Shown: one piece after another, positions 55,061 through 64,000 of the stretch
How positions within the stretch are numbered: position 1 is the first letter of the stretch
Layout of the letters: each line of letters opens with the position of its first letter
From: an uncultured virus (IMG/VR IMGVR_UViG_3300036944_000852)
Taxonomy: Duplodnaviria > Heunggongvirae > Uroviricota > Caudoviricetes
Length of the DNA stretch: 64,000 bases
Strand: one strand, 5' to 3'
IMG/VR virus record: IMGVR_UViG_3300036944_000852
The notes under the pieces: model-generated
The model's database searches: none
What the model saw: only the letters and a program-made list of their open reading frames with translations
Told to the model about the DNA's origin: nothing
Program-made: the position numbers and the translations under genes

Positions 55061-56118
55061 AAGTAGCAGTCTACACAATCGCACTTAATGAAGAGCAGTT
55101 TATACAGCGCTGGTATGAAAGCGCTAAAGAAGCTGACTATCTCTTAATTGCAGATACAGGTAGCACAGATGGTACCCGAGAAACTGCAATTAAGCTTGGG
55201 ATCAATGTGATAGACGTCTCTATTAAACCTTGGAGATTTGACGATGCTAGAAATGCTTCTCTAGCCGCTCTTCCAGTAGACATAGATATGTGCGTGCAGC
55301 TTGACATGGATGAGATTCTTCTCCCAGGGTGGCGCACTGAAATTGAAAGCGCCGCTAACCAGGGCGCTACTAGAATTCGATACAACTACACCTGGAACTG
55401 GAAAGACGAAGCTCAGACAATTCCAGCTACAACATTTGGTGGAGACAAGATTCACGCAAGGCACGGCTATAGATGGAAGCATCCAGTGCATGAGGTGATA
55501 GTTCCCTACGGCAACACCGTAGAGAAGCAAGTGTGGACTAAGTTGGAGCTTCATCACCATCCGGACAATACAAAATCTAGAGGGCAGTATCTCCCACTTT
55601 TGAAGCTATCTACGGAAGAAGACCCTCATGACGATAGAAATGCGTACTACTACGCTAGAGAGCTGTTCTTCTATAGAAACTATGAAGCTGCGGCCAAAGA
55701 GTTTAAACGTCATCTAGATCTTCCTAGGGCTGTCTGGCCACCAGAAAGAGCGGCTTCAATGAGATACCTAGCAAAAATCGAAGTAGAGCATCGAGAAGAT
55801 TGGCTACTCAAGGCTTACATGCAAGCTCCAGGGCGTAGAGAGCCCTTAGTGGAGCTAGCTCAGCACTTCTACGAGCTAGAATCATGGGCATCGTGCTTAC
55901 ATTTTGCTCGCAAGGCCTTAGAAATAGAAGAGAAGCCAATGGACTTTCTCTGCGAGGATTTCGCATGGGGCTACCTGCCATGGGACTTAGCCGCAATATC
56001 CTCTTACTACCTCGGTGAAGTGGAAGAAGCTAGAATTTACGGAACTACCGCTTTAGACCTAGATCCAGAAAATCCTAGGTTATTAGCTAATATGAAGTTT
56101 TATACTAAAGAAAATTAA
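55057..56118 (+). CDS. GT2 glycosyltransferase with TPR repeats
   Basis: IALNEE, DTGSTDGT, FDDARN, LDMDE, W..PVHE, helical TPR-like C-terminus; GTG start overlaps the upstream TGA. Confidence 0.85.
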   Translation: MKVAVYTIALNEEQFIQRWYESAKEADYLLIADTGSTDGTRETAIKLGINVIDVSIKPWRFDDARNASLAALPVDIDMCVQLDMDEILLPGWRTEIESAANQGATRIRYNYTWNWKDEAQTIPATTFGGDKIHARHGYRWKHPVHEVIVPYGNTVEKQVWTKLELHHHPDNTKSRGQYLPLLKLSTEEDPHDDRNAYYYARELFFYRNYEAAAKEFKRHLDLPRAVWPPERAASMRYLAKIEVEHREDWLLKAYMQAPGRREPLVELAQHFYELESWASCLHFARKALEIEEKPMDFLCEDFAWGYLPWDLAAISSYYLGEVEEARIYGTTALDLDPENPRLLANMKFYTKEN

Positions 56119-56576
56119 TTCTCTTCTTTTTTAGAATTAATAACGTGAAATGCATCAACCGCATTAGCACTTGTTCTGCTTTGCCAAGTAAACTGACAGC
56201 TATTGCATCTGACAACTCTCATGGTTGCCCAGCGGCCACCGTCAGGGCGCTCTACAGTTGCGGTCTGTAGGTGGTCTGTCTTTGCTCGGCAACTAGGGCA
56301 TAGCGGGAAGCGCTTGTATCGCATCTCTTGACCGTCCCAATTTACGGAAAGAGTGTTTCTGATTTGGCCAGAGTCTAGGCCACCCCAGATTCCCCATATT
56401 TGCTTGTTATCTAGCGCCCATTTAGCGCAGTCGCGTTTAACGGGGCAACTGTTACAGAGCTTTTTGGCTTCCCATTGCTGGGCAGGTTTGTTAGCAAAAA
56501 AATTATCTATTTTATCAAAGTTCTCAGGTTTAGCACACTGAGCGTCCTCATGCCAATCGGGGCCATTAGTCCACAT
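56115..56576 (-). CDS. whiB: WhiB-family regulator with a C-terminal zinc ribbon
   Basis: W...A.C, AKKLC.SCPV..DC..WAL, GIWGG; then CPSC...CNSC; start reset to the ATG after GGAGG. Confidence 0.85.
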   Translation of the reverse strand: MWTNGPDWHEDAQCAKPENFDKIDNFFANKPAQQWEAKKLCNSCPVKRDCAKWALDNKQIWGIWGGLDSGQIRNTLSVNWDGQEMRYKRFPLCPSCRAKTDHLQTATVERPDGGRWATMRVVRCNSCQFTWQSRTSANAVDAFHVINSKKEEN

Positions 56577-56904
56577 AAGCGACCTCCACAAAAGTGGCAT
56601 CGTAATCTAAATCTGGATCATTGTCATCGCAGTAGATCGGGACAATATCGTCTCCGTCGTCATATCTATATCCGGCCCTGGTTACAGTAGAGCTTTCAAT
56701 TAAGCCATACCCCTGACCCGTGGAAGTTGATATGCCTTCTCTAAGTAGGCTTTTCACTAGAGAACGTCTAGCTAAGTCGTCATCGTCTAGGTACACATGC
56801 TCGTTTAAGTAGAAAACAATAGAGTCAGAGTGAAGTTCCCGGGGGAAATCGTCACCCTCCCATATAATCCAGACAGGCTCGGATATAGCTTTTTTACGTA
56901 TCAT
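56566..56904 (-). CDS. Hypothetical acidic protein
   Basis: 112-aa ORF; leaderless TAGTTT-N6-ATG start. Confidence 0.6.
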   Translation of the reverse strand: MIRKKAISEPVWIIWEGDDFPRELHSDSIVFYLNEHVYLDDDDLARRSLVKSLLREGISTSTGQGYGLIESSTVTRAGYRYDDGDDIVPIYCDDNDPDLDYDATFVEVAYVD

Positions 56905-56953
56905 AGTTATAAACTAACTACAATAAGCAGTAAGTTTACCGTAAATTACAATT

Positions 56954-57445
56954 TTACTTTATAGGCCAGATATAGTCATAAGATTCCGGCCTACGTCCAG
57001 TATCTTCCGGCCAGTCAAATTGCGAGTACCATTCATAGTCTTTGTTTAGCAGGGCCATCCTGTGGCTAGCAGCAATTTCATCGAAGAGCTGCTTATTTTT
57101 CATCCAAGCTGGCAATCTATGATTTTCTTTAGTTATACGTCCAAGCTTTATTGCTTGAATATATGTAATCAGAGTTTTCTGCCCGATAGTTGTTTTATAT
57201 CCACGCTTCTCCCATTCCATAGTCATCTTGAGGATGTATGAAACTAAAGCACCCTCGTGCCCACGCCACATCTTCACGGCTGGGTGGTTACTCCAGCCTT
57301 TAGATACTCGGTGATTACCTTGAGGGTCTAGCTGAACCAGGTTCATAAGAATCTGCCACCCCTCTAGAGCTTGCTTATTTAGGCGAGCGCGGTCTAGTAC
57401 TTTGGCTGTGTCTGCTGAGCCTAGCAGCGGTACAAATGTTTGCAT
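56954..57445 (-). CDS. MSMEG_6728-like / pyrimidine-dimer glycosylase (endonuclease V)-like protein
   Basis: MQTF.P....A..LD..RL.KQ..E; HPAV.MW.G; SH...LL.KD...Y; Y.WP. Confidence 0.75.
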   Translation of the reverse strand: MQTFVPLLGSADTAKVLDRARLNKQALEGWQILMNLVQLDPQGNHRVSKGWSNHPAVKMWRGHEGALVSYILKMTMEWEKRGYKTTIGQKTLITYIQAIKLGRITKENHRLPAWMKNKQLFDEIAASHRMALLNKDYEWYSQFDWPEDTGRRPESYDYIWPIK

Positions 57446-57451
57446 AACTAA

Positions 57452-57480
57452 AAGTTAGCAGCATTTATATTTTTTGTCAA
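57452..57480 (-). promoter_or_regulatory. Near-consensus SigA promoter, leaderless
   Basis: TTGACA-N17-TAACTT-N6-ATG(57445). Confidence 0.75.
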
Positions 57481-57735
57481 CTACAACCCAAAAGGTTTTA
57501 CAGTGCTCTGCTTAACTGAACCAAATACCGTAATTTGGAAAATCTCAGCTGCCAACGTTTGCTCGATCTCATTGATGGTTTCGGCTTTAGGGTAAGAGAC
57601 TTTAAGCTCTATGCTAACTTTTTCAGCCACGTCAGAAAGCTCTACACCTAAGAACTTAGCAATCTCTTTAGTGGCCAACTCCTGCGCTTCAGCTAGAGTC
57701 GATGCTACAAGCTTTAGCTCAAAGGATGTTCTCAT
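57481..57735 (-). CDS. Hypothetical protein
   Basis: 84-aa ORF coupled to the upstream gene (TAATG). Confidence 0.6.
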   Translation of the reverse strand: MRTSFELKLVASTLAEAQELATKEIAKFLGVELSDVAEKVSIELKVSYPKAETINEIEQTLAAEIFQITVFGSVKQSTVKPFGL

Positions 57736-58172
57736 TAGTTGGCCTTTCTTATGCGCTTTTCTAGCTTGTAAGGCGAGTAGTGGACGCCCTTAAGTTCTGG
57801 TTTCTTTCCGTCAGTATCGTTGAGGATAACGTCACCATAGCGAACTGCAACCACTGTACCGCGGCGACCATTGTGGATAGGCCCGAGCTTATCTGTGAAA
57901 GCGTCTGCCTTAACGCGAACAACATCTCCAACCGTGATCTGTCCCGGCTGGAGTGGGATCCACGTATAGTCATTCTCGTCTTCATCTACTTTAAGCACAA
58001 CTCCGCGTGCAATAAGCGGAAATACCTTAAGGACCTCATCTTTGATGTTGTCACTTAGGTCTGGGATAGTTTCCCAGGCATCGAGAAGCTTCATGATAGC
58101 TTTACCCGATCCGACTTTAATTTTGGCAGCCTGAAGTTGTTCGACTACCCATTCTCTGTTAATTTCTGGCAT
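57735..58172 (-). CDS. Hypothetical protein with SH3/KOW-like C-terminus
   Basis: VGDVVRV.......HNGR.G.VVAVR.G; TAATG coupling. Confidence 0.6.
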   Translation of the reverse strand: MPEINREWVVEQLQAAKIKVGSGKAIMKLLDAWETIPDLSDNIKDEVLKVFPLIARGVVLKVDEDENDYTWIPLQPGQITVGDVVRVKADAFTDKLGPIHNGRRGTVVAVRYGDVILNDTDGKKPELKGVHYSPYKLEKRIRKAN

Positions 58173-59182
58173 TATGTCCTCTCCTGAATAGATTCTAGCA
58201 GGTCTTTTCGTAGCATAGTCACTACCTCATTGGTACTCGGCAATGCGTCCATGTAATCTCTAAACTGATTGCGAGCAAGTTCTTGTCTGTCATATTGGTC
58301 CATATCTTCTACTTGATATGCCAACTGTGACCAGGATTCCGAGAAGCCAGCTGTATCCTGCCAATATGTCACAATTGGGACATTTAAATTCAGCCCCTGT
58401 ATGTATCTATAGCTCCACCATGTGCCAACCTTACGGTCCTGAGGGGCCACTATTAATCCTATTGATTTAGATATACTGAGATCCACCTCTAAATCGCGAG
58501 GTTTCTTGCCCTCGGATACTGGTGTACCCGGAAGTCTAAGTGTCTTAGCGAGAGCACCCCACCAAGAGCTTTTATAGTTATCTACTGCCCATAGCGAGTT
58601 TTTTGCCGCAATCAAAATAGACTGTCTATCTATCAAAAATGAATCAACGTTTACCCCTATAGCCCTAGAAACCGGGACAATTCCGGTTGCTTCAGAAACT
58701 TGATCGACTGATCTCCATGGAAGCAGTGGTACGTAAGTCTTAGGCCATGGAATTGATTTTAATTTGTCGGCAAGATTTACGAAAGAGTCCGCGTATTTAG
58801 CTCTTGCAATAGAGTAGTCCTTTCTAGAACTATACATCGAGCCAAAGATTTGAAGCGGGTTCTTTATAAAAGAATTAAAACTGTTTTTAAATTGCCAGAT
58901 CTGCGGCCCATCTACCACGACTCTAAGTTTCGGGGACTCGTACAGCAGATTCAATATGTGCAATGCGCCATATATTTTATTGGCGGATAGTGCCGTTGGA
59001 GGGGTCAACCCAACTACAACTAAATCGTAAGATTCTAAGTCGGACCTAGTCCAGGAGAGATTTGGCTCGCATATAGTGACTTCAGCAAACTCGGAGAACG
59101 CTTTCAGCAATCCCCTGAAAAAAGTCATATTGCCCTTGTCAGAGCAATGAGCAGATGCCATACCAGTCATTAGAATTTTCAT
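58172..59182 (-). CDS. Hypothetical protein, possibly a GT-B glycosyltransferase-like fold
   Basis: MKILMTG start, YDLVVVG, TWWSYRY.Q; function inferred weakly. Confidence 0.45.
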   Translation of the reverse strand: MKILMTGMASAHCSDKGNMTFFRGLLKAFSEFAEVTICEPNLSWTRSDLESYDLVVVGLTPPTALSANKIYGALHILNLLYESPKLRVVVDGPQIWQFKNSFNSFIKNPLQIFGSMYSSRKDYSIARAKYADSFVNLADKLKSIPWPKTYVPLLPWRSVDQVSEATGIVPVSRAIGVNVDSFLIDRQSILIAAKNSLWAVDNYKSSWWGALAKTLRLPGTPVSEGKKPRDLEVDLSISKSIGLIVAPQDRKVGTWWSYRYIQGLNLNVPIVTYWQDTAGFSESWSQLAYQVEDMDQYDRQELARNQFRDYMDALPSTNEVVTMLRKDLLESIQERT

Positions 59183-59195
59183 TTTTATTCCTTAG

Positions 59196-59224
59196 AAAAA
59201 AGCGGGGTGGTTTCCCACCCCGCT
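59196..59224 (-). terminator. Rho-independent terminator
   Basis: AGCGGGGTGG-GAAA-CCACCCCGCT followed by a T run on the minus strand. Confidence 0.85.
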
Positions 59225-59235
59225 CAATCATTTTA

Positions 59236-59790
59236 CTAGAACGGAGCATCCTCCACGCCAGCTACCGGTGAAGCTGGTGCTGGTGCTGGTGCTGGTGCTG
59301 GAGCTGGTGCCGGTGCTGGTGCAGCAGCTACTGGAGGAGAGGCAACTGCTGAAGCTGTAGTAGGTGCTGCAGCTCCTGTAGCAGGGTAGTATCGCTTGAT
59401 CTCGTTGCTCTGGTTGCCGTTGTAGGTACGGACTCCCAGGGTGCCACGGAAACCGCGACCGATAAGGGCCTGCTCAATCTGAGCTGGTGACGGGTTCTGC
59501 TCGAAGTAGCTGGTAGGTAGACCCATTGCGGTGGCCTTCATGAAGAACATGTTCATCGCCTTAGGGTTTTCCTGAGTCACAACCAGCTGGTCCCAGACGC
59601 GACGCTTGTCGTGTGCGCCACCCTGAACCTCGTTGGTGATCTTAAACATCAACTTGCCGGTCGATGTAGTTGTTGCCTGTGCCTCGATTACCTTTAGGTC
59701 GTAGTCGCCGTCTGGTAGCGGTGCATAGTTGTTGCTAGTTGCTGCAGTTCCTGCTTGCTTTACTAGATCTGCGAAATTGACAGTAGTCAT
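59236..59790 (-). CDS. DUF669-type ssDNA-binding protein
   Basis: PLPDG.Y...V, GK.M, Y.G...NEIK; Pro-Ala linker and acidic ...EDAPF tail. Confidence 0.75.
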   Translation of the reverse strand: MTTVNFADLVKQAGTAATSNNYAPLPDGDYDLKVIEAQATTTSTGKLMFKITNEVQGGAHDKRRVWDQLVVTQENPKAMNMFFMKATAMGLPTSYFEQNPSPAQIEQALIGRGFRGTLGVRTYNGNQSNEIKRYYPATGAAAPTTASAVASPPVAAAPAPAPAPAPAPAPAPASPVAGVEDAPF

Positions 59791-59800
59791 TTATTTATCC

Positions 59801-60571
59801 TTAGTTAGTTTTCTTTGTTGTTGATGTTTCTGTCTTCTTTTCACCGAAGACGATATCCAGCATGCGTTCGACCCCGAGGTCTTGCTGCTCGACTACTTTA
59901 CCTAGACGCCCCTGCACGCGCTCTCCAGCTTCATAGTCTGGAGTTCGCTCTACATACATGCGACGCACCTTGTATGGCGGCTGCATTGGGTCCGGGTTCG
60001 GCATAGTTTCTACCGTGATTGCGCCCAGGATGTCATAGAAGTACGGGGCCTGAATTGCTAGCTGGCCCTGTAGGTAAGGACGGTATACGCCATCCTGCCC
60101 CTTACGTGCCATAGCAGTCAGTACGACAGCTTCTAGTGCCTGTGTCGGGTGCATTGTCAGATCACGAAGGTCACGAAGTAGTGCACCCATGTGGCGAAGC
60201 AATTCGCCCCACTGCTGCATCTTCATCTGTTCGGTTCCTGCAATGTTGTCCATGCACTTGACCTGCAACTCAGAGATTGAGTCGATGATCAAGGACTTGA
60301 ACTGGTGCTTACCTGACTGAAGCCACTGGAACGTCTTCATAACAACGTCGTACTCACGGACCTGGACAACAACAGTGTCCCAAGTTCCGTCAGCCAATGG
60401 TGGTTCCTCTGTCATCGGATCCCAATACTTAACGTTGATAGGTAGGAATCGGTGTCCACCCTCAACGTCGAGCATTAGGCGTGGGTAAGGTGCTGTAACG
60501 GCAAAGGTTGATTTACCAACCTTCGATTCGCCATAAACCATAATTGTTAAACTGCGATCGACTTCCGACAT
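59801..60571 (-). CDS. Sak4/AAA_24-type ATPase (recombination)
   Basis: YGESKVGKST, LDVEGG, IIDSISE. Confidence 0.8.
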   Translation of the reverse strand: MSEVDRSLTIMVYGESKVGKSTFAVTAPYPRLMLDVEGGHRFLPINVKYWDPMTEEPPLADGTWDTVVVQVREYDVVMKTFQWLQSGKHQFKSLIIDSISELQVKCMDNIAGTEQMKMQQWGELLRHMGALLRDLRDLTMHPTQALEAVVLTAMARKGQDGVYRPYLQGQLAIQAPYFYDILGAITVETMPNPDPMQPPYKVRRMYVERTPDYEAGERVQGRLGKVVEQQDLGVERMLDIVFGEKKTETSTTKKTN

Positions 60572-60573
60572 TC

Positions 60574-61506
60574 TTACTCACTTCCTTTCTCTTCTGTAAT
60601 TCCGTAGTAACCGTATGGGTCGGATGACACAAACGCGTCGCTCAGAGCGGCCTCTGCTGCCGAGCCGTCGTCAAACAGCGGGCAGATAGCGAAGAATTGA
60701 CACTTCCACTTGCAGTCTTTGCTTGGTTTAGGGTAGACGTGCTTAAAGTGACTCTCTCCGTCATTCAACGCGTCACGGACGCGAAGCATGTCTTCGAGGG
60801 TGCCTTCTAATTGTTCTAGAAAGGCACGAAGTGCAAACCTATTGTGACGAACCTCAATCTGGTCGTAGAACGGTGGCTTAGCATAAGCGCCGCGCTTAAC
60901 CTTACGAAGCATAGTAAAGATTGCTCCGTCAGTTCGAGTTCCGTCTTCCTTGTCCTGGACTTCGTCTAGGAGCATGTAAGTTTTGACCTGCTCATTCATG
61001 TGAGCCATAGCGCCGAAGTCAGCAAATGAGCCACCAACAGTCTTGAAGTCACGGATCATACGAGCGCCATCAATCTTGCGACGGACGCGCATGTCAATCT
61101 TTCCTTGGAGGATAACCTTGCCATCCATCATTGGACGCTCAAGGATCTCTTCTGTGGAGATCATTTCAAGCTCTGCGTCGATGCCCTCGTGCTCTACCCA
61201 CTCAAGGTAGCCCTCAAGCATGATTCGACCCAAGTCAGCATCGGCCTCCAGTCCAGAGGTATCTCTGTACTCATCGTTTAGCTTCTTCATGTCTTCTTTG
61301 ACTAGGTCAGCGTGAGCCTCTAGCAGGTCCTGACCGGTCGAGTAGTGCCTGTCCAGGGCCTCGTGGATCCTAGAACCTAGAGCTAGTGCTCCAGTGAATT
61401 CTGTGACCTTAGGACGCATTCTGCGGTAGTACGTAAGCCACCATCTGCGACGGCAGTCTTTAAAGGTTTGAATCTCTGAGTTAGAGATTCTGATTGGATC
61501 TGTCAT
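60574..61506 (-). CDS. PD-(D/E)XK (RecB/Cas4-like) exonuclease
   Basis: S.S.I..F..C.R.W, G..IH, GKID, DFKT, Q...Y, C.WKC.F..IC. Confidence 0.85.
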   Translation of the reverse strand: MTDPIRISNSEIQTFKDCRRRWWLTYYRRMRPKVTEFTGALALGSRIHEALDRHYSTGQDLLEAHADLVKEDMKKLNDEYRDTSGLEADADLGRIMLEGYLEWVEHEGIDAELEMISTEEILERPMMDGKVILQGKIDMRVRRKIDGARMIRDFKTVGGSFADFGAMAHMNEQVKTYMLLDEVQDKEDGTRTDGAIFTMLRKVKRGAYAKPPFYDQIEVRHNRFALRAFLEQLEGTLEDMLRVRDALNDGESHFKHVYPKPSKDCKWKCQFFAICPLFDDGSAAEAALSDAFVSSDPYGYYGITEEKGSE

Positions 61507-63335
61507 TACAGTCCTTTCTTGTTGTCGTTCAGTAGCTTGAGGAGCTGTTCCTTGTCGCGTACTACCTGCTGGAAGTTCTCTGACTTACCATCTAGTGCTT
61601 CAATTACTCGCTCTTCAATCGTTCCCTCGGTCACGTAGTCAGTAATGAGAATCGAATCGTGAATCTCAGAGCCAATGCGGTGAACTCGGTCCAGGGCCTG
61701 CTTGTAATCTACAAGTGACCATGGTCTTTGAAGCATAACAAGTCGACGTGCAGTTGTCAAGGTAACTCCAACACCACCAGCCTGAGCCGTGAAAAGAATC
61801 CACTTTGTGCGCCCAGCCTGGAAGTCGTCAATAGCTCTTTGACGCTCATCGCCACTCTGAGCGCCAGTGATAAGCCCATGAGCAATCTTTTCCTTAGTTA
61901 GACGAGCACTTAACAACTCGATGAGCTGGCGAGACACTGCGCATACTGCCACAGAGTCGTCACCGAAGTCTCCACTTTCAATATCATCCATCAGAGCATC
62001 TACCTTACAAGAAGGGTCTGACAAAATCATTTTCTCTTGTCCATCTACAAGTTCCATAGTTCCGTACGAGCTAGCAAACTGAAGTAGACGCATTGTCTGA
62101 GTTAGCGGGTTAGGTGCAACAACAATATCTGTCTCGCCCTGCTCGAAAGCTTCATGGAATCGCTCCTCGGGGGTGGTATTAAGTTCAGCAATCATGTTCT
62201 CAAGCATCTGCTTGTAGGCCTTAGCCTGCTTAGCACCCATCTCAACATCACGGCGGTCATTGATTACTTCTGGTAGCCACGGGAGCACCTTCTGCTTCAA
62301 CATACGACGCATGCGAGGATGGATTCCAGCAAAGAACTCGGATTCCATAGCAGGCTTTAGGCCTAAGATCATCAGGCCACCGAAAGCATTCATCATGGTG
62401 TTGACGTAGCGATCTAGCCATTTCGTTTTGCTTGGCCACTCTTTTGCGTCTAGCCAGTGAAGAATTGGCCACAGGTCAACTACGGTATTTGCAATTGGAG
62501 TACCTGTAAGCGCAAATCTGATATCAGCATTGCCAGAGGCTGCCCAAAAAGCACGAGTCTGCTTAGACTTAGGATCCTTTGATCGGTGAATCTCATCTGC
62601 TACAACTGCCTTGAAGTCAATTGTGTTTAGCTCACGCTGGTGTACTTCACAGCGAGATGCCGTGATCTTAGAGTCGTGGCCACCACATTCGGTGCATCTA
62701 GCTAACGCAATAGAGCCGTAAGAAAGAAGTTTTGAGTGCGTGCGCAGCGACTCCCAGTTGATCACGTAGACCTGGGCCTCGTGGTCGAAAGCTTTCCTGC
62801 GCTGAGTTGCAGAACCTTTAATTACCTGAACATCGATACCAGGCCACCAGCGGTCAAACTCTCGCTCCCAGTTGGTCTTTAGAGTGTTAGGGCAGATAAT
62901 CAGGGCTGGAAAAACCTGCTCTCCGCGGTCCTGTAGGCGCTTTAGGGCTCTAATAGCCTGAGCAGTCTTACCTAGACCTGGTTCATCCGCTAGCAACGCC
63001 CTACGGGCTGTAGATAGGAATTCTACGCCAGCACGCTGGTGCGGGAACAAGTCTGCATCGCCATCATCCATAGTCTCCACTTCCCTTAGGAAGTTAGACG
63101 GGTCAATTCTCGTAGACTTCTCGTTCTTAGCCCACTCGGCAAGTTTAGGCCCGATTTCTAGCTGCTGCCCGAACGTCGAGCGAAGTGATAGACATCCAGT
63201 CCATGAGACAGGGATACGCCAAACATTCTTATCCGAATCCCACTTGGATCCAGGAAGAGCACGGCAAACTTCTTTCAATCGCCATTCGGCGTTGATGATG
63301 ATGTGCTCACCCTCAAGTTCTACAAAAACGCCCAA
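61506..63335 (-). CDS. SNF2-family helicase
   Basis: LADEPGLGKT, DEIH, LTGTP..N, GVG.TLT.A, QA.DRVHRIG. Confidence 0.92.
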   Translation of the reverse strand: MGVFVELEGEHIIINAEWRLKEVCRALPGSKWDSDKNVWRIPVSWTGCLSLRSTFGQQLEIGPKLAEWAKNEKSTRIDPSNFLREVETMDDGDADLFPHQRAGVEFLSTARRALLADEPGLGKTAQAIRALKRLQDRGEQVFPALIICPNTLKTNWEREFDRWWPGIDVQVIKGSATQRRKAFDHEAQVYVINWESLRTHSKLLSYGSIALARCTECGGHDSKITASRCEVHQRELNTIDFKAVVADEIHRSKDPKSKQTRAFWAASGNADIRFALTGTPIANTVVDLWPILHWLDAKEWPSKTKWLDRYVNTMMNAFGGLMILGLKPAMESEFFAGIHPRMRRMLKQKVLPWLPEVINDRRDVEMGAKQAKAYKQMLENMIAELNTTPEERFHEAFEQGETDIVVAPNPLTQTMRLLQFASSYGTMELVDGQEKMILSDPSCKVDALMDDIESGDFGDDSVAVCAVSRQLIELLSARLTKEKIAHGLITGAQSGDERQRAIDDFQAGRTKWILFTAQAGGVGVTLTTARRLVMLQRPWSLVDYKQALDRVHRIGSEIHDSILITDYVTEGTIEERVIEALDGKSENFQQVVRDKEQLLKLLNDNKKGL

Positions 63336-63409
63336 TTAGGGTCTCCAATCTGTTGCTATATCTATATTATCAGAAAAAACTACCAGTGCAAGTGTTTTTT
63401 GATAATATT

Positions 63410-63877
63410 TTAATCTTTTAGCAATCCTACAGGTTTCCAGCCTGAATTCACTGCCCGCAGTAGGGCGTGTCGGATTGCATCCAGTGCATGGCCAGCGCCA
63501 CCACGGTGCCAGTAGCCTAGTTTCTTGAGCTTCTCATTGGTAAACATTGCCATCGCATTTGCTGGAGACTGAAAATATATGTCATCTCCAGACTTACCAA
63601 TATCGAACAAGCACTGCTTTAAAATGCCAATAACTTCGAGCGAGTATGGAGCCTGAGAGTTACGCACAGTCTGAGCATTGATAACAAAACGCTCACATGC
63701 AATGTCTATGTTGTCTTTGATGGTTGGGTTCCATATTACTTCTCGGACAATCTTTGCAACTTCATGCTGCTCCAGCTCCCAAGAATTCTCTAAAACTGGA
63801 TCCGATCCCTGCTCGATTCTAAGTAGTGCAACTCCAGTTATTTTGCCTGGGTCCAAGGACAATACATATTTAGACAT
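63410..63877 (-). CDS. RuvC-like Holliday junction resolvase
   Basis: LSLDPG..TGVA, ACE.F, HA.DA.RH. Confidence 0.7.
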   Translation of the reverse strand: MSKYVLSLDPGKITGVALLRIEQGSDPVLENSWELEQHEVAKIVREVIWNPTIKDNIDIACERFVINAQTVRNSQAPYSLEVIGILKQCLFDIGKSGDDIYFQSPANAMAMFTNEKLKKLGYWHRGGAGHALDAIRHALLRAVNSGWKPVGLLKD

Positions 63878-64000
63878 ACTTGGCTCCCCAGTTTTCTAGC
63901 GGTCCATCAACATCAGCAGTCAGCGGGACCGACCAGTTGTCCGTGGTTGTCATACACTTCCTAACAAGTTGTTTAATCTCTTCCGCATCTTCTCTAGGTG
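63870..64000 (-). CDS. Family A DNA polymerase, C-terminal end (partial)
   Basis: Manual translation ...EEIKQLVRKCMTTTDNWSVPLTADVDGPLENWGAKYV*, matching the M...VPL..D...G..W end of PolA. Confidence 0.6.
   Translation of the reverse strand, partial: PREDAEEIKQLVRKCMTTTDNWSVPLTADVDGPLENWGAKYV

Noticed and set aside
59272..59323. Pro-Ala repeat in the SSB tail as a modification substrate
   Set aside because: Flexible Pro/Ala linkers before an acidic tip are ordinary in SSB proteins.
60574..61506. Cas4 as a sign of CRISPR-Cas
   Set aside because: It sits in a standard phage helicase-exonuclease-Sak4-SSB module with no array.

Overview
This window is a gene-dense segment of a large tailed dsDNA phage, most likely infecting Actinobacteria. 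The host call rests on two WhiB genes, class Ib nrdHIEF, PIN-PhoH, DUF3039, an MSMEG_6728-like gene and many leaderless TANNNT-N6-ATG starts. No bacterial housekeeping operons are present. In order: (1) 1-14.3 kb is a modification island with a partial TauD-like gene, NodU/CmcH carbamoyltransferase, subtilisin, three SGNH-like paralogues, dUTPase, a serine recombinase, four 2OG-Fe(II) oxygenases, GT61/HAD/nucleotidyltransferase/GDPD-like genes, a complete tmRNA and tRNA-Asn. (2) 14.3-21 kb holds host-like genes (whiB, FmdB-like, PIN-PhoH, nrdHIEF). (3) 21-47.7 kb holds two parallel virion fibre modules with Mtd_N-like and collagen-like proteins. The first ends in a protein made of Fn3-like domains, a (Pro-Pro-Phe-Phe)n tract and a terminal Hint domain. 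It is followed directly by 12 genes that include 9 Fe/2OG oxygenases and 2 DUF6065-type proteins. (4) 48-64 kb holds primase-helicase, a sulfation/glycosylation block, a second WhiB and replication/recombination genes ending in the 3' end of a family A polymerase. The best candidate for an undescribed system is the PPFF-repeat/Hint protein with its adjacent oxygenase battery, a possible post-translational modification system for a virion appendage. All family calls come from motif recognition by eye; no database searches were run.
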